Positions 46,825 to 59,541 are shown, counted from the first letter of the stretch. The stretch is DNA of 64,000 bases from Candidatus Methanoperedenaceae archaeon (GCA_963753595.1 CAVWCX010000006.1:1-64000); one strand, 5' to 3'. Notes: generated by a model from the letters alone, not told the origin. Program-made: numbers and translations.

Positions 46825-46962
46825 TTATTTCGGCAAAGGTGCCTTGCGAGATCTCAGTTTTGCATTAAAATCGTCTAATCTCTTTTTTTCAGCAGGATCT
46901 TCTTTTGCTTTTACATTTTTCGCTGCCGTTGCATTATCCATTGAATTTTCCAGTCCAACCAT
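46825..46962 (-). CDS. small basic protein, 45 aa (absent from the ORF track)
   Basis: Strong AAGGAGGTGA SD; MVGLENSMDNATAAKNVKAKEDPAEKKRLDDFNAKLRSRKAPLPK. Confidence 0.6.
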   Translation of the reverse strand: MVGLENSMDNATAAKNVKAKEDPAEKKRLDDFNAKLRSRKAPLPK

Positions 46963-47026
46963 TTTTTCACCTCCTTCCAAATTTATTCTTCAATATTTTT
47001 GAACATAATAAATTTCAGCGCAAAAT

Positions 47027-47245
47027 TTAGAAATTCACCTTAAAGCGTTCTCTTTCTTTAGATCCATTTAGATTCTTTATATGAGATATGATCCTTTTTT
47101 CAGGAACTTTATATGCCCATCCGCTGAAACTGTCTACATACAATATTTCCTCATTGTAATTCTCTTCTACGAATTGAACCTGTCCTTTGTGTTTTTCATC
47201 TGATCCGACGTTGAATTCTACAACATCTCCTCGTGTGTATTTCAT
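47027..47245 (-). CDS. small hypothetical protein, possibly SH3-like beta-barrel
   Basis: GGAGTG upstream; GDVVEF...GQVQFV...LYV...VPEKRI pattern. Confidence 0.55.
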   Translation of the reverse strand: MKYTRGDVVEFNVGSDEKHKGQVQFVEENYNEEILYVDSFSGWAYKVPEKRIISHIKNLNGSKERERFKVNF

Positions 47246-47545
47246 ATTAAATCCCCACTCCTGCAGTTTACTCGCTGGTAAACAATCTACTAAATGAACC
47301 AGTAGTATTTAAAAGTATCCAATAGTTCATTTAATTTTAAACGATATTATGCTTGCCTGTGATATTACAGGATTTATTAACATTGTTGGGTTTAAGAAAT
47401 TAATGAAAACAAGGTTAAATGAAATTGACCGTTATGTTTAAATAAGGCATAAAGTATGGGATTAATAATCTATCAAAAGTGGGAAATCCAATTAATAATT
47501 AAGATAGAGTTGTGATTCATAAACCATTGAAAAAGGAGCAATCTA

Positions 47546-49270
47546 ATGACTAAAGTAAAAAATAATGTAAATTCCATGGAGGGCCTGCCTAAATGCCAGA
47601 CAGGGATCCGGGGACTTGATGAAATAACAGAAGGGGGATTGCCAAAAGGGCGCCCTACGCTGGTATGCGGCAATGCCGGGTGCGGTAAAACATTGTTAGC
47701 GATGGAATTTCTTATTCGCGGCGCAGTTCAATATAACGAACCTGGTGTCTTTATGTCATTTGAGGAATCCTCCGAAGAACTGTCCCAGAATGTGGCATCC
47801 CTGGGGTTTGACCTGAAAGACCTTGCAGAACGCAAAAAGATGTTTCTTGATCACGTTCGCATCGAAAGAAATGAAATCGAAGAGACCGGTGAATATGACC
47901 TCGAAGGGCTGTTCATCCGCCTCAACCACGCAATCGGTTCGATCGGTGCAAAGCGCGTGGTGCTTGATACCATAGAATCGCTCTTCGGCGGATTATCCAA
48001 TGAAAGCATTCTGCGCGCCGAACTTCGAAGGCTGTTCCGCTGGTTAAAAGACAAAGGCGTTACTGCAATAATTACAGGAGAAAGAGGTGAAGGCACCCTG
48101 ACGCGGTACGGGCTGGAGGAATACGTCTCAGATTGTGTCATCCTGCTTGACAACAGGGTGGAAGGGCAGATTTCCACCCGGCGTTTGCGCATCGTTAAAT
48201 ATCGCGGTTCAGCGCATGGCACAAATGAGTATCCGTTCCTGATAGATGAATTTGGCATTTCAGTTCTTCCCATTACATCACTTGGATTGCAACACGATGT
48301 ATCTACTGAACGGATATCCTCTGGCATTGCCACTCTTGATACCATGATGGGAGGGGAGGGATACTATCGCGGCAGCAACATTCTCGTCTCAGGTACGGCT
48401 GGGACAGGTAAAACCAGCATTTCGGCCCATTTTGCCAATGCAGCCTGTAAGCGCGGCGAACGATGCCTCTATTTTGCATTTGAGGAAGCTCCGAGCCAGA
48501 TTATCCGGAATATGCGCTCCATCGGCATTGACCTTGAGCCATGGATGAAGCAGGAACTTTTGGATATTTACGCTGTGCGTCCCACGATCTACGGGCTGGA
48601 AATGCATCTTGTAAAGATGTACAAGCTGATAAATGAATTTAAGCCGCAAGTCGTTATCATCGACCCGATTACAAATTTGATCACTGTTGGCAGTGAAACT
48701 GAAGTCAAATCAATGTTATCACGCCTTATTGATTTCTTAAAAATGAACCAGATCACAGCTCTTTTTACAAACCTGTCGCACGCCGGGGGTGCTCTTGAAC
48801 TGACAGAGTTTGGTATCTCATCGTTGATGGATACATGGCTTCTACTGCGCGATATTGAAATCGGAGGCGAGCGCAATCGCGGCCTGTACATATTAAAGTC
48901 CCGGGGCATGGCGCATTCCAACCAGATACGGGAGTTCCTGCTAACCGATAAAGGCATAGACCTGGTAGATGTGTATCTTGGTCCGTCAGGCGTGCTGACA
49001 GGCTCTGCGCGGGCTGCACAGGAAGCGCAGGAGAAAGCTTCTGACACTTTGCGACGGGAGGATATCGAACGTAAGAAGCGTGAATTTGAACGCAGGAGCA
49101 AAGCCCTGGAAGCACAAATCACAGCCCTGCGTTCTGAGTTTGAAGCGGCGCAAGAAGAAGTAAATAAGCTCACCCGGCAAGAAGAAATGCAGGAGGGCAC
49201 CCTGGCGCATGATCGTATAGAAATGGGACGTCTTCGTAAGTCAGATGTTTCTAATACAAACCTGTCATAG
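47546..49270 (+). CDS. kaiC: circadian clock ATPase KaiC (KaiC2-type)
   Basis: Two RecA-like domains ([11 protein letters not shown]; [11 protein letters not shown]); ISSLMD phosphosite; KSRGMAHS; coiled-coil tail. Confidence 0.93.
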   Translation: MTKVKNNVNSMEGLPKCQTGIRGLDEITEGGLPKGRPTLVCGNAGCGKTLLAMEFLIRGAVQYNEPGVFMSFEESSEELSQNVASLGFDLKDLAERKKMFLDHVRIERNEIEETGEYDLEGLFIRLNHAIGSIGAKRVVLDTIESLFGGLSNESILRAELRRLFRWLKDKGVTAIITGERGEGTLTRYGLEEYVSDCVILLDNRVEGQISTRRLRIVKYRGSAHGTNEYPFLIDEFGISVLPITSLGLQHDVSTERISSGIATLDTMMGGEGYYRGSNILVSGTAGTGKTSISAHFANAACKRGERCLYFAFEEAPSQIIRNMRSIGIDLEPWMKQELLDIYAVRPTIYGLEMHLVKMYKLINEFKPQVVIIDPITNLITVGSETEVKSMLSRLIDFLKMNQITALFTNLSHAGGALELTEFGISSLMDTWLLLRDIEIGGERNRGLYILKSRGMAHSNQIREFLLTDKGIDLVDVYLGPSGVLTGSARAAQEAQEKASDTLRREDIERKKREFERRSKALEAQITALRSEFEAAQEEVNKLTRQEEMQEGTLAHDRIEMGRLRKSDVSNTNLS

Positions 49271-49290
49271 ACAGTAAAGGAGAAAAGGAA

Positions 49291-49626
49291 ATGAAAAATA
49301 TAACAGAAACAGGACAAAAAAAACCAGAAATACCGGAAGCAGAATCCGATATGTGGGAACTGAGGCTTTATGTTGCAGGACAGACACCCAAATCCATGAC
49401 AGCATTTGCCAATCTTAAGAAACTCTGTGAAGAACACCTTGCGGGTAAATACAGGATCGAAGTAGTTGACCTCCTGCAAAATCCACAGCTTGCCAGGGGT
49501 GACCAGATACTTGCCATCCCGACGCTTGTAAGGAGACTGCCCCCGCCTTTAAAGAAAATAATCGGGGATCTCTCCAACACCGAGCGGGTTCTTGTCGGGC
49601 TTGATCTGCGTCCCTTCAAAGAATAA
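49291..49626 (+). CDS. kaiB: KaiB
   Basis: [12 protein letters not shown]...[21 protein letters not shown]. Confidence 0.93.
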   Translation: MKNITETGQKKPEIPEAESDMWELRLYVAGQTPKSMTAFANLKKLCEEHLAGKYRIEVVDLLQNPQLARGDQILAIPTLVRRLPPPLKKIIGDLSNTERVLVGLDLRPFKE

Positions 49627-49662
49627 GCAGGAGGAGATAGAATACATTTAAGGGGTTAAACT

Positions 49663-50001
49663 ATGATTGAAACAAAATTAAAAGATACGACAGGAGAATT
49701 TGAACAATCTCTTCAACTGGGAGATGCAAAAACATATGTCCTGCGTTTATACATTACCGGGATGACGCCCAGGTCTACAAGGGCTATCGTGAATATCAAA
49801 AAAATATGTGAGGAACACCTCAAGGGCCGCTACGAACTTGAAGTAATCGATATCTATCAGCAGCCCGAACTTGCTAAAGATGCACAGATAATTGCAGCGC
49901 CCACGCTTATAAAGAAACTTCCTCTTCCCTTACGGAAACTTATCGGCGATATGTCTAATAGGGAACGTATTCTTGTGGGATTGGATCTGCGACCCAAGTA
50001 A
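49663..50001 (+). CDS. kaiB: second KaiB
   Basis: LRLYITGMTPRS...IIAAPTLIKKLPLP..LIGDMS. Confidence 0.92.
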   Translation: MIETKLKDTTGEFEQSLQLGDAKTYVLRLYITGMTPRSTRAIVNIKKICEEHLKGRYELEVIDIYQQPELAKDAQIIAAPTLIKKLPLPLRKLIGDMSNRERILVGLDLRPK

Positions 50002-50008
50002 TAAAGTC

Positions 50009-52465
50009 ATGAAGAAAAAAGATGGATCATATGAGGAACTTCTGCTTGAAGTTGAAAAACTTCGTGATCAATTAGCGGAAAGTGAAGAAACTTTGCGAGC
50101 CATCAGGAGTGGTGAGGTAGACGCATTTGTTCTCTACGGGGAAAAAGGGGAGCAGGTTTTCACTTTGAAAGGGGCAGAGCAGCCCTACCGTATTCTTATA
50201 GAGGAAATGAAGGAAGGGGCAGTAACACTGGGCGCCGACAATTCTATCCTTTATTGCAACAGCGGTTTTGGCCGGATGCTGAAGACCCCTCTTGAAAAAT
50301 TGATCGGCACCAGTATTTTGCACTATGTTTCGCCAGCCGACTCGGAGATTTTTGAGGAATTATTGCAGCAAGTGACACAGGAGAGCAGAAACAGGGAAAT
50401 CTCCTTTGTGGCAGGGGATGGAACGTATGTGCCGATGTATCTCTCCCTCAATTCCCTGCAGCAGGACGGGATGGAATTGATCAATCTTGTTGCCATGGAT
50501 ATGACAGATCAAAAACGGGTGGAAGAGGAGTTACGAAGGACACGTGATGAATTAGAAATCAGGGTACTGGAGCGGACAGCAGAACTTGTAACTGCCAATG
50601 AAGAATTGTCTAATCAGAGCGAAGAAAGATACGGGGAACTGGCTCAAAGCATCGGGGAAGTCTTCTATGCCATGGACAAAAAGCTAAGATATACTTACTG
50701 GAATAATGCATCTGAAACTCTTACAGGAATCCAGTCTAAAGATGCTATTGGAAAATCTCTATTTGAGCTTTTCCCTGAGCTAAAAGGCACAAGAACGGAG
50801 AAGTTGTACAGGGAGGTATTAATAACACAGCGACTTCGTCATTTCGTGACCAGATACCGGGCTGGAGATAAGACCCTCACTTTTGAAATCAATGCCTACC
50901 CCTCTAAGTTCGGCCTCTGGGTTATCGCTAAAGATATCACGAAGCGCATGATGTCTGAGGAACTGATCCGGGAGCAGGCCGCCCTTCTTGATAAAGCGCG
51001 TGATACTATTGCAGTGCGGGATTTAGAACAGCGCCTCATCTACTGGAATAAAGGCGCAGAGAGTATGTATGGATGGACGGCAAAGGAAGCTTTAGGCAAG
51101 AATGCAGATGAGCTCCTGTATAAAGAAAAATCACCGAAACTGATCGATGCCCAAAAAACCGTTATCGAGATGGGGGAATGGATAGGCGAGCTGGACCAGG
51201 TGACAAAAAATGGTAAAGAGATTACCGTCGAGAGCCGCTGGAGCCTTGTGCAGGATCATGAGGGGAGACCGAAATCAATACTTATCATCAATACCGACAT
51301 CACGGAGAAGAAAAAGCTGGAGATGCAGTTCCTGCGGTCTCAGAGGATGGAAAGCATAGGCACTCTTGCGGGCGGCATAGCACATGACCTCAACAATGTA
51401 CTGACGCCAATTATGCTGTCGCTGCAAATGTTAAAAGAAAAAATCAACGATGAACATAGCCGGAAATTGTTAACTATTCTTGAGCAGAACTCCTGGCGGG
51501 GAGCTAATTTAATAAAGCAGGTTCTATCTTTTGCACGAGGTGTCGAGGGTGAACGCAATCCTCTCCAGGCAAATGACCTCATATCTGAAATCGGGAAGGT
51601 CGCAAAAGAGACATTTCCAAAAAATATCAAGATCAGAACTGACCTGAAAAAAGACCTATTTGCCATCTCAGGAGACGCTACACAGTTACACCAGGTTATA
51701 ATGAACCTGTGCGTGAATGCCCGCGATGCTATGCCGGATGGCGGAATCTTAAGAATCACAACTTCGAATTTTTTCATTGATGAGGATTATGAAAGTCTGC
51801 ATGCAGAAGCTAAACCTGGCTCTTACGTTCTCATTTGCGTCTCAGATACCGGGATCGGTATCCCTCCTGAGATAATGGATAGGATTTTTGAACCATTTTT
51901 CACGACAAAGGAGTTTGGCAAAGGCACGGGACTTGGCCTTTCAACAGTACTTGGAATTGTGAAGAGTCACAGCGGATTTATAAATGTGCATAGTGAGGTT
52001 GGAAAAGGAACGAAATTCAGTGTATATTTGCCTGCGATTAGAACCGAAGTAAAAAAAGAAGGAGAAGAACAGCTTAATTTGTGCATCGGGCATGGAGAGT
52101 TGATCCTGGTTGCTGAAGATGAAGGCCCGATTCGTGAAATTACTTCCTCGATACTGGATACATATGGGTATAAAGTGCTTGCAGCGGATGACGGTGAGAA
52201 GGCAGTGGCATTGTATGCTCAAAATAAGGATAAAATCAAAGTTGTTCTTATGGATATGATGATGCCAATTATGGATGGTCATGCGAGCATCCGGGCGATC
52301 CATAAGATCAACCCTGAGGTTAAGGTTATTGCTGTTAGTGGATTAGCAGAGAAAGATAAACATGCAAAGTTTGGAAGCTCTCATATAAAGGCTTTTTTAT
52401 CAAAGCCTTATACTGCGCAGAGATTGTTAAAAACCATACACGAAGTTATTATAGGTACAGAATAG
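50009..52465 (+). CDS. 3xPAS hybrid histidine kinase with receiver domain
   Basis: [12 protein letters not shown]-terminus; three PAS domains; AHDLNN; [24 protein letters not shown]; MDMMMP. Confidence 0.92.
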   Translation: MKKKDGSYEELLLEVEKLRDQLAESEETLRAIRSGEVDAFVLYGEKGEQVFTLKGAEQPYRILIEEMKEGAVTLGADNSILYCNSGFGRMLKTPLEKLIGTSILHYVSPADSEIFEELLQQVTQESRNREISFVAGDGTYVPMYLSLNSLQQDGMELINLVAMDMTDQKRVEEELRRTRDELEIRVLERTAELVTANEELSNQSEERYGELAQSIGEVFYAMDKKLRYTYWNNASETLTGIQSKDAIGKSLFELFPELKGTRTEKLYREVLITQRLRHFVTRYRAGDKTLTFEINAYPSKFGLWVIAKDITKRMMSEELIREQAALLDKARDTIAVRDLEQRLIYWNKGAESMYGWTAKEALGKNADELLYKEKSPKLIDAQKTVIEMGEWIGELDQVTKNGKEITVESRWSLVQDHEGRPKSILIINTDITEKKKLEMQFLRSQRMESIGTLAGGIAHDLNNVLTPIMLSLQMLKEKINDEHSRKLLTILEQNSWRGANLIKQVLSFARGVEGERNPLQANDLISEIGKVAKETFPKNIKIRTDLKKDLFAISGDATQLHQVIMNLCVNARDAMPDGGILRITTSNFFIDEDYESLHAEAKPGSYVLICVSDTGIGIPPEIMDRIFEPFFTTKEFGKGTGLGLSTVLGIVKSHSGFINVHSEVGKGTKFSVYLPAIRTEVKKEGEEQLNLCIGHGELILVAEDEGPIREITSSILDTYGYKVLAADDGEKAVALYAQNKDKIKVVLMDMMMPIMDGHASIRAIHKINPEVKVIAVSGLAEKDKHAKFGSSHIKAFLSKPYTAQRLLKTIHEVIIGTE

Positions 52466-52471
52466 GATATT

Positions 52472-52858
52472 ATGAAACGTGAATCAGGTATGAAGGTCAA
52501 AATACTGATTGTAGATGATGAGAAAAGTATAGTCAGCGCCTTGAAGATGTCCCTTGAATCAGATGACTGCGAAGTTATCGAAGCGTATACTGGTGACGGG
52601 GCCATCCGAAAAGCACACAGCGAAGCTCCTGATTTGATCTTATTAGATATCATGCTTCCGGACTTGACTGGTTATGAGATATGTAACATGATCAAAAAAG
52701 ACCCATTGACCAGATCGATCCCGATCATTATGCTGACAGGATTGGGTGAGACAGGTAGAATCGCAGGCATGGAATTAGGGGCAGATGAATATATTACAAA
52801 GCCATTTGACCTGAATGAACTTAAAGTGAAAATTCGTACCCTGCTGCTACTAACATGA
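52472..52858 (+). CDS. single-domain response regulator
   Basis: IVDDE, LLDIMLP, MLT, YITKPF. Confidence 0.92.
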   Translation: MKRESGMKVKILIVDDEKSIVSALKMSLESDDCEVIEAYTGDGAIRKAHSEAPDLILLDIMLPDLTGYEICNMIKKDPLTRSIPIIMLTGLGETGRIAGMELGADEYITKPFDLNELKVKIRTLLLLT

Positions 52859-52903
52859 GCGGAAGGGAGCATTATACGCTAAATGACCTTAAATCGGAAA
52901 TTC

Positions 52904-54577
52904 TTATCCTGCTGCGGAATATTTTTCCCCATCGATAGGCAGTAAGAAGCTGAATGTGCTGCCTTTGCCGTATTTGCTTTTGACCGTGATCTTCCCCCCG
53001 TGCATCTCAACAAGCTGCTTTGTGATCGCAAGTCCAAGACCTGTACCCTCATATTTTCTGGATATTCCCGAATCAAGCTGCTCAAACTTCTGGAAGAGTC
53101 TTGGTAATTCCTTTTCCTTAATTCCAATACCAGTATCAGAGACTGATATTCTTACCATGTCGCCTTCTCTTTTTGCTGACACGGAAACGATCCCTCCCTC
53201 TTGCTTGCTGAATTTTATCGCGTTGCTCAACAGGTTGAAAATTATCTGCTTTAGTGCCCGCCTGTCAGCCTTTATAGACTTCAATTCAGGGTCGAATTCT
53301 TTTTTCAGGATTATATTATGCTCTGAAGCATTCTCTTTGATAATCTTGAGTATCTCATTTATTGTAACAGGAACAGATATTTCCTCAACAACCAGATCCA
53401 GCTTTCCTGCTTCTATTTTGGCAAGGTCAAGGATATTATTGATAAGGTCAAGCAAGTGTTTGCTGCTTTTAAGAATATTATCAACAAATAACTTCTGTTT
53501 TTTATTCAATTCACCCTGGGTCATCCCCTCCAAAATTATTGTATATCCTATGACAGCCGTTAGGGGGGTCCGCAGTTCATGGCTCATGATCGTCAGGAAC
53601 TCTGACCTGGCTTTGTTTGCGCTGATAAGACGCTCACTCTCAAAACGCAGTTCTTCCAATTTTTTGCGCTCTGTGATATCCTCGATAGCCAGGAGTATCA
53701 TTTCGGCGCCCGCCCGATTGAGCCGGCAGGCATTTAGCAGCATCACCTTTTTTCCTATCTCAGGAAACTCCATCTCAACTTCAAAACCCTGGAACTGGCT
53801 TTTCCCGGGAATAATTTTCTCAAGTAATTCTTTCAGCTGTGGAATATTCCACAGGCCGTTCCCAAGTTCATATACCGATCTGTCCTTAGTATCTTCGACC
53901 GGGATCTTGAACATTTTATAAAAGGCAGTATTCACTTTCTGAACCCGCTGATGTGAATCGAGGATCATAAGTGGTTCTCGTATCGTATCTATGACGCTTT
54001 CGGCATATGCAAGCGCCTTCGAAACTGCTTCCCCGGTCCGCTTGCGTTCAGTAATATCGGTTATGGCTGACCGGCAATAGCTGTAATTCCCCTTTCCATC
54101 CGGCACTGACAGGCTTTCTAATTGTACATCGAACTGAACTCCCTTTTTATCCACAAGTTTGAGTTCACAGGTCTGCCTGGCACCAGTCCTGAAGACGTTC
54201 CGCAAGTGCAGATAGAACACATCCTTACTGCCCGTGAAAATAAAAAGCGAAAATGGTTTCTTGATCAAAAAGCTTCTTTCCACACCCAATTTATTTGCTG
54301 CGGTGAGATTGACTTCTATGATAAGCCCATTTTTATCAAAAGTAAAATAACCAACAGGAGCAAAATCATACAAATCAGAAAACCTGTTACGCGACTCTTC
54401 AAGTTCCCTCTGTGCCGTGCGAAGTTCTTCATTTTGCATTTCCAGTTCGATCTGGTGCACCTGCAGTTCCTGGATCAAACTCCGGGCATCTTTGATAGAC
54501 AGCCCCTGCAGATCCTCAGTTTTTCCCCGTAGTAAATCCTCTGCACGTTTTCGCAGATCAGATACTTTTTTTGACAT
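52904..54577 (-). CDS. PAS sensor histidine kinase
   Basis: [16 protein letters not shown], two PAS domains, [20 protein letters not shown]. Confidence 0.92.
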   Translation of the reverse strand: MSKKVSDLRKRAEDLLRGKTEDLQGLSIKDARSLIQELQVHQIELEMQNEELRTAQRELEESRNRFSDLYDFAPVGYFTFDKNGLIIEVNLTAANKLGVERSFLIKKPFSLFIFTGSKDVFYLHLRNVFRTGARQTCELKLVDKKGVQFDVQLESLSVPDGKGNYSYCRSAITDITERKRTGEAVSKALAYAESVIDTIREPLMILDSHQRVQKVNTAFYKMFKIPVEDTKDRSVYELGNGLWNIPQLKELLEKIIPGKSQFQGFEVEMEFPEIGKKVMLLNACRLNRAGAEMILLAIEDITERKKLEELRFESERLISANKARSEFLTIMSHELRTPLTAVIGYTIILEGMTQGELNKKQKLFVDNILKSSKHLLDLINNILDLAKIEAGKLDLVVEEISVPVTINEILKIIKENASEHNIILKKEFDPELKSIKADRRALKQIIFNLLSNAIKFSKQEGGIVSVSAKREGDMVRISVSDTGIGIKEKELPRLFQKFEQLDSGISRKYEGTGLGLAITKQLVEMHGGKITVKSKYGKGSTFSFLLPIDGEKYSAAG

Positions 54578-54603
54578 ATTTTTCTGTCCCCGTGATCTTG
54601 AGA

Positions 54604-57531
54604 TTATCCTTTCCCTGCCCGCTCTGTGATGTCTTCAATGGCAAGAAGGATCATCTCTTTGCCTCTCCCCCCCTGATAGATCCGGCGGGCATTGAGCATC
54701 ATTCTCTTGTAGCCGAGGCGCAGGAACTCGTAATCAACCTCGAAATCATTGAAAATGGTGTCCCTGGGTATGATCTCCTCCAGGAACTCTCGCAACTTTG
54801 GAATATCCCATTGATGATTGCCTATTTCGTATATGAATTTGTTTTCAGTATCTTCCCTGGAAACCTGGAAAGTCTTATAGAAAGACTGGTTCGCCGATAA
54901 TACCCGAAGGTCCTTGTCCAATATTATAAGCGATTCCCGCACTGTATTCACGACGCCATCAGCATATATCCTGGCATCTCGTTCCATTTGCTCAATTTGC
55001 TTTCTCTGCGTAATATCAATAAATGTAATGACTGCACCATCGATGATATTCTCTGTAGTTCGATAGGGCAATATCCGCATTAAATACCATTGATTTTTAT
55101 TATTCTTAATTTCTTTTTCCTGGAAAACCAGGGTGTCGAGTACTATATTAACATCTGTAACCAGATTTTCATATTCCAGATTAGACACTATGTCACTTAC
55201 AGGGCGTCCGATATCTGTTTTAATAAGGTTGATTATTTTAGTGACCGCAGGAGTAAAACCTTTGATATGAAGGTCATTATCCAGGAATATAGTGGCAATT
55301 TCTGTGCTGGATAGCAAGTTGTTCATATCGTTAATGGCCCTGGAAAACTCTTCTATTTTGGCCTGATGTTCAGCATTAAGCGTCATCAGTTCCTCATTGA
55401 TGGATTGCAGTTCCTCCTTTGAGGCTTCCAGTTCTTCATTGGCGCTCTGCAATTCCTCGTTGGAAGACTGCATTTCCTCGTTAGTTGTTTTGAGTTCTTC
55501 ATTGGAGGTTTCAAGTTCCTCTATCGTCGCCTGGAGATTTTCTTTAGTGGACTTTAATTCCTTTTCCAGTTCAAAAGCACGTTCATTAATATGTTTTGAA
55601 GTATATGTTTTTTTGACTGGCCTTGAAGATTTAAGAGACTGGACATCCTCAAAAATGACCATCATCAGTCCTTTCATAGCTTCGGGTTTTACAATGGGTT
55701 TGACGACCAGGTTAATTGTCTGGACGTCTCCATTGGTCTTTACATACAAATCCTTAAAGAGAATGTCCTTTTTATGGGTGATGACTTTACGAATGGCTGC
55801 TTTCAATTCAAGTTTCAGGCCCTCGCGCGCCATTTCCAGGATGTTTAAACTGGCTCTTCCCGGAGCTGGTTCCAGGTATTTGCCAGTTTTACCATGGATA
55901 TAGAGAATATCCCCTTTTTCATTGATTATTACACATGAAGGGACATAGCTCTCAAGGAGTATCTTTTCAGTAAGTTCACCGATTCCCCTGGGTTTCAGGT
56001 CAAAGATTTTTATTTCATTGATTTCACGTGGCGCAATATGAATAAAATCCTCCATCAATGGTATAGTTGCCCCTCCCTTGCGTTTAAAAAATTTCCATTT
56101 TCTATCCAGGATGGAAAATATGTCTGTAAGTTCACCTATAGTTTCGGAATTCCCAAGAAAAAGAATCCCGCCCGGATTTAAGGAGTAATAGAAAAGGTGC
56201 AATAGTTTTTTCTGCAACTCAGGGCCCATGTAGATCAAAAGATTCCTGCAACTGACCATATCGACCTTAGAGAAGGGTGGATCTTTGATGATATTTTGAT
56301 GAGAAAATATTACCATTTCCCTGATTTCCTTTTTGATACTATAAGTATCAGGATTTTTTGTAAAAAACCGCTGTAAGCGTTCATGGGATACATCAACTGC
56401 AATACTATCGGGATAAACGCCTGCACGGGCAGTTTCAATAGCTGTCTTATCTACATCCGTGGCAAAGACCTGGACTTTGAGATCCCTTTTTGTCTCATCC
56501 ATATACTCCTTGCAGACCATAGCGATAGAATAGGCTTCTTCACCCGTGGAACAGGCCGGAACCCAGATCCGTACCGCATTCTTATTTTTAAAAAGGTCGG
56601 ATATTTCTTTCTTGAGGACTAGAAAGGCCTGGGGGTCTCTGAAAAAATTGGTAACCCCGATCAAAAGATCTTTGTAAAGCGTTTCTATTTCCTGCGGGTT
56701 TTCCCTGAGATAACGGACATAATCAGATATATTATCAATCTGGTGTATATTAATCCTTCTTTCTATCCTTCGAACGATGGTACTTTGCTTGTAAAGGGAG
56801 AAATCGTGCCCTGTCTGGTCTCTTATCAGGATGATTATTTTTTGTTGTGAATTAGTAGTGTCGATTACGTTATCGGTTTTTCTTACGCCTTTAATGGAAA
56901 ATTGTTTTACATATTTAAGAAGCTGCTGCGGCATTTTTTCAGGAGGCAGAATATAGTCAGCAAGTCCGGTAGCAATTGCACTTCCCGGCATGCCGTCATA
57001 TGCTGCAGATTTTACATCCTGGACCATGACCATACCTTCTTCCCCCTTGACAGCTTTCAAGCCCAGGGTTCCTTCAGTCCCCGTTCCTGATAGGATTATA
57101 CAGATAGCGTTTTCTCTTTTGTCATCGGCCAAAGACCGGAAAAAGAAATCTATTGGATGCCTTATCCCCTTGCGCACCACAGGTTCCAGTAAATGAAGCA
57201 TCACGTTAAGTATTGCCATATCTTTATTGGGCGGTATGATATAGATACGGTTTGGCTCTACCTTCATCCCTTCTTCAACCTGGAACACCTCCATCTTTGT
57301 ATATTTTTTTAATATTTCAGCCATGAGGCTCTTGGAAGCAGGGTCAAAGTGCATTATAATGACAAAAGCAATTCCGCTATCGTACGGCATATTAGAAAAA
57401 AATTTCTCCAAAGCTTCAAGCCCACCCGCAGAGGCGCCTATACCTACAACAGGGATGTCATCAACCTGGCTGTGAGATTTTACAGGCACGGAATTTTTGC
57501 CTGTTCTGGATTTTTTATCTTTTTTTATCAT
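54604..57531 (-). CDS. CheB-CheR-coiled coil-PAS fusion
   Basis: [38 protein letters not shown] heptad repeats, two PAS domains. Confidence 0.92.
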   Translation of the reverse strand: MIKKDKKSRTGKNSVPVKSHSQVDDIPVVGIGASAGGLEALEKFFSNMPYDSGIAFVIIMHFDPASKSLMAEILKKYTKMEVFQVEEGMKVEPNRIYIIPPNKDMAILNVMLHLLEPVVRKGIRHPIDFFFRSLADDKRENAICIILSGTGTEGTLGLKAVKGEEGMVMVQDVKSAAYDGMPGSAIATGLADYILPPEKMPQQLLKYVKQFSIKGVRKTDNVIDTTNSQQKIIILIRDQTGHDFSLYKQSTIVRRIERRINIHQIDNISDYVRYLRENPQEIETLYKDLLIGVTNFFRDPQAFLVLKKEISDLFKNKNAVRIWVPACSTGEEAYSIAMVCKEYMDETKRDLKVQVFATDVDKTAIETARAGVYPDSIAVDVSHERLQRFFTKNPDTYSIKKEIREMVIFSHQNIIKDPPFSKVDMVSCRNLLIYMGPELQKKLLHLFYYSLNPGGILFLGNSETIGELTDIFSILDRKWKFFKRKGGATIPLMEDFIHIAPREINEIKIFDLKPRGIGELTEKILLESYVPSCVIINEKGDILYIHGKTGKYLEPAPGRASLNILEMAREGLKLELKAAIRKVITHKKDILFKDLYVKTNGDVQTINLVVKPIVKPEAMKGLMMVIFEDVQSLKSSRPVKKTYTSKHINERAFELEKELKSTKENLQATIEELETSNEELKTTNEEMQSSNEELQSANEELEASKEELQSINEELMTLNAEHQAKIEEFSRAINDMNNLLSSTEIATIFLDNDLHIKGFTPAVTKIINLIKTDIGRPVSDIVSNLEYENLVTDVNIVLDTLVFQEKEIKNNKNQWYLMRILPYRTTENIIDGAVITFIDITQRKQIEQMERDARIYADGVVNTVRESLIILDKDLRVLSANQSFYKTFQVSREDTENKFIYEIGNHQWDIPKLREFLEEIIPRDTIFNDFEVDYEFLRLGYKRMMLNARRIYQGGRGKEMILLAIEDITERAGKG

Positions 57532-57980
57532 GTTAATAGAATTGTTATAACCGAAAATTTTTGCACTCTTCCTCTAATAATACTGTTTTGTATTTAAAAA
57601 ATCCGCCGAAATGTATTATATCAACGTTCATTTCTTTAATCAGGATTGTCTTAGCAACTATATTTTACTATCGTTTAGAAGTGGATAATCGATTAGATGG
57701 TTTTAAATACTAATGAATTATGTAGTATATTGTTTGCCAGCGGTGAACCAAAGGAGTGAGGAACTTATCGTGCCTGCCCTCTGCATCGCCTCCTGTACAG
57801 AAAATCCGATGCCTGGGGAAGGCACATTTCCTAAATTTATATTTCGAAAACAGCAGGAAAAGAAGATGGATAGTATCAAGGCAGGAAATATCGGGACAGA
57901 AAATGAAGTGTCAATGTATGACCAAAAATCCGGGCTTTCTTCTTTTGGACTGAATTTTGAAACCGGATCGTGATGTAAAT

Positions 57981-58154
57981 ATGCCTGAGGCAAATGAAAG
58001 TGGAAATGACTTTAATAATGGTTTGCTCGCATCCAGGGAGGAAAGAGCTGCACTTCTCAAAAACGGCCTCACAGGTAAAGATATAGAATCACAGTACCTC
58101 AAGATCAATAACATCCGTGTTATTGGTGTAAACTGGCAGGACTTAAAACCGTAA
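57981..58154 (+). CDS. small hypothetical protein
   Basis: 57-aa frame converging on the next gene; no recognised motif. Confidence 0.4.
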   Translation: MPEANESGNDFNNGLLASREERAALLKNGLTGKDIESQYLKINNIRVIGVNWQDLKP

Positions 58155-58162
58155 TAACCTTC

Positions 58163-58744
58163 TTAATCCATATCGGTAGTCCGTTTTAATCTCATTTTTA
58201 TTCTTGCCTCTAATTCCCTCGGGTCAAAAGGTTTTACCATATAATCATCTATGCCAAAACCTATTGCTTTAAGCTTATCATCTACAGTGCCCTTGGCAGA
58301 CAAAATTATTATTGGCAAATTCTTTGTAGAATCATGTTCTTTTAATTCTTTGCAGACCATGTAGCCATCCATTTCAGGCATCATTATATCAAGGATCAGA
58401 ATGTCAGGTGATCTGGCAAAGACCATCCCCAGGGCTTCTTTTCCATTTGCGGCTTCTAAGATCTCGTATTGAGCATCTAAAGAATATCGGATAATGTTAA
58501 TAACATTTTTATCATCATCCGCAATGAGTATTTTGATTTTCTCTTCAACTATTTCCCCTTCAGGTCTTAAAAACCAGATTTTTGTAGTGCCTATCTCTTC
58601 GCCATCAACCAGGTTTTTTTCTTTCATACCATCCAGGTATTTCAGGGCTGTTGCCTTGCTCATATTTACCCTGGCGACTATCTCGGTGGTTGTCAATTTT
58701 CCGTTTTTCAGTACTTTAAGCAATTCTTTTTCTCGCCAATGCAT
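58163..58744 (-). CDS. wHTH + receiver-domain transcription regulator
   Basis: LTTTEIVARVNMSKATALKYL; IADDD, ILDIMMP, YMVKPF. Confidence 0.88.
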   Translation of the reverse strand: MHWREKELLKVLKNGKLTTTEIVARVNMSKATALKYLDGMKEKNLVDGEEIGTTKIWFLRPEGEIVEEKIKILIADDDKNVINIIRYSLDAQYEILEAANGKEALGMVFARSPDILILDIMMPEMDGYMVCKELKEHDSTKNLPIIILSAKGTVDDKLKAIGFGIDDYMVKPFDPRELEARIKMRLKRTTDMD

Positions 58745-58932
58745 ATTTCACCGTTTATGTTTGTTTAAATTTTAATGAACATATATTGTTTTATGACTAT
58801 TAATCTTTGTGTGCGCAAGTAAGAATGATTTAAGATGATGTGGCAAAAAACAGGGAGTAATGTAAAGAAAAAAAGACTAAATAAGATGTTTGGGATTTTG
58901 TTGACAAAAAAATAAAAACAGGATAAATTTAT

Positions 58933-59260
58933 CTAATTACCCCTTTTCTTCTTGAACATTACCAGGTAAGCTATTGCCATTGTGGTCATAATTGGCAGTG
59001 CTATTGTTGGAAATTCAGGGATTTCGTCAAGTTTTGAAGTTGGTAGATTGCCGACATCTATTTACCTTGGTTTGCTCCGGTTGATCGGAATAGTGGCTGC
59101 CGGTTGAAATTGGCTGGTTGCCGAAATCTATATCAGTTATTACCAGGTTGCTGTCATTGATTTGCACTTTATAGGTTGCCGAGCCATTTGGAGAAAAGCC
59201 TGGTGCAGTCTGTATCCATCCGGATTGCATAATTTCCCGGACTGTGTAATTACCATCTGC
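58933..59260 (-). pseudogene. truncated, frameshifted SdrD-B-like / PEF-CTERM surface protein
   Basis: GNYTVREIMQSGWIQTAP...DFGN in one frame and EIPEFPTIALPIMTTMAIAYLVMFKKKRGN* in another; no signal peptide. Confidence 0.75.
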
Positions 59261-59329
59261 CCACTTATATGATTATATTATCCAATACTATAATCAAGAA
59301 CATGCGAAAGCTTTATACACCATGCTTTT

Positions 59330-59345
59330 CATGATTATAATCATG
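59330..59345. promoter_or_regulatory. perfect 16-bp palindrome downstream of a TATA-like box
   Basis: catgattataatcatg; gaaagctttata at 59306-59317. Confidence 0.4.
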
Positions 59346-59403
59346 TCAATATACTATTCAATTAAAGCAATGGTCCATTGATAATGGAGATGATCAATTC
59401 TAT

Positions 59404-59541
59404 ATGTATGCTTCTGTCATCCAGACTTTCTTTTCCGGTATCATTGCAGGTCAGATGATGGGTGAAAGCATCTTTGATGGATTGTTACATTCAGTTATTA
59501 TGGTGACAATAGCCTATGTCTTTTTTGTGGGGTTCCTATAA
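59404..59541 (+). pseudogene. C-terminal fragment of a PilC/TadC/FlaJ-type pilus platform protein
   Basis: VIQTFFSGIIAGQMMGESIFDGLLHSVIMVTIAYVFF; ends 2 nt before the pilin-like gene. Confidence 0.65.

Noticed and set aside
48589-49479. Long antisense ORFs (also 52956-53921, 16788-17606, 4610-5179)
   Set aside because: Shadows of well-supported genes on the opposite strand
55390-55530. Periodic DNA repeats, also PT-coding runs at 27140-27740 and 60345-60415
   Set aside because: Explained by coiled-coil heptads and Pro-Thr linkers; not CRISPR or Borg-type tandem repeats
57713-57973. Overlapping short ORFs upstream of cheBR
   Set aside because: No frame has a convincing SD or motif; cannot choose one from sequence alone
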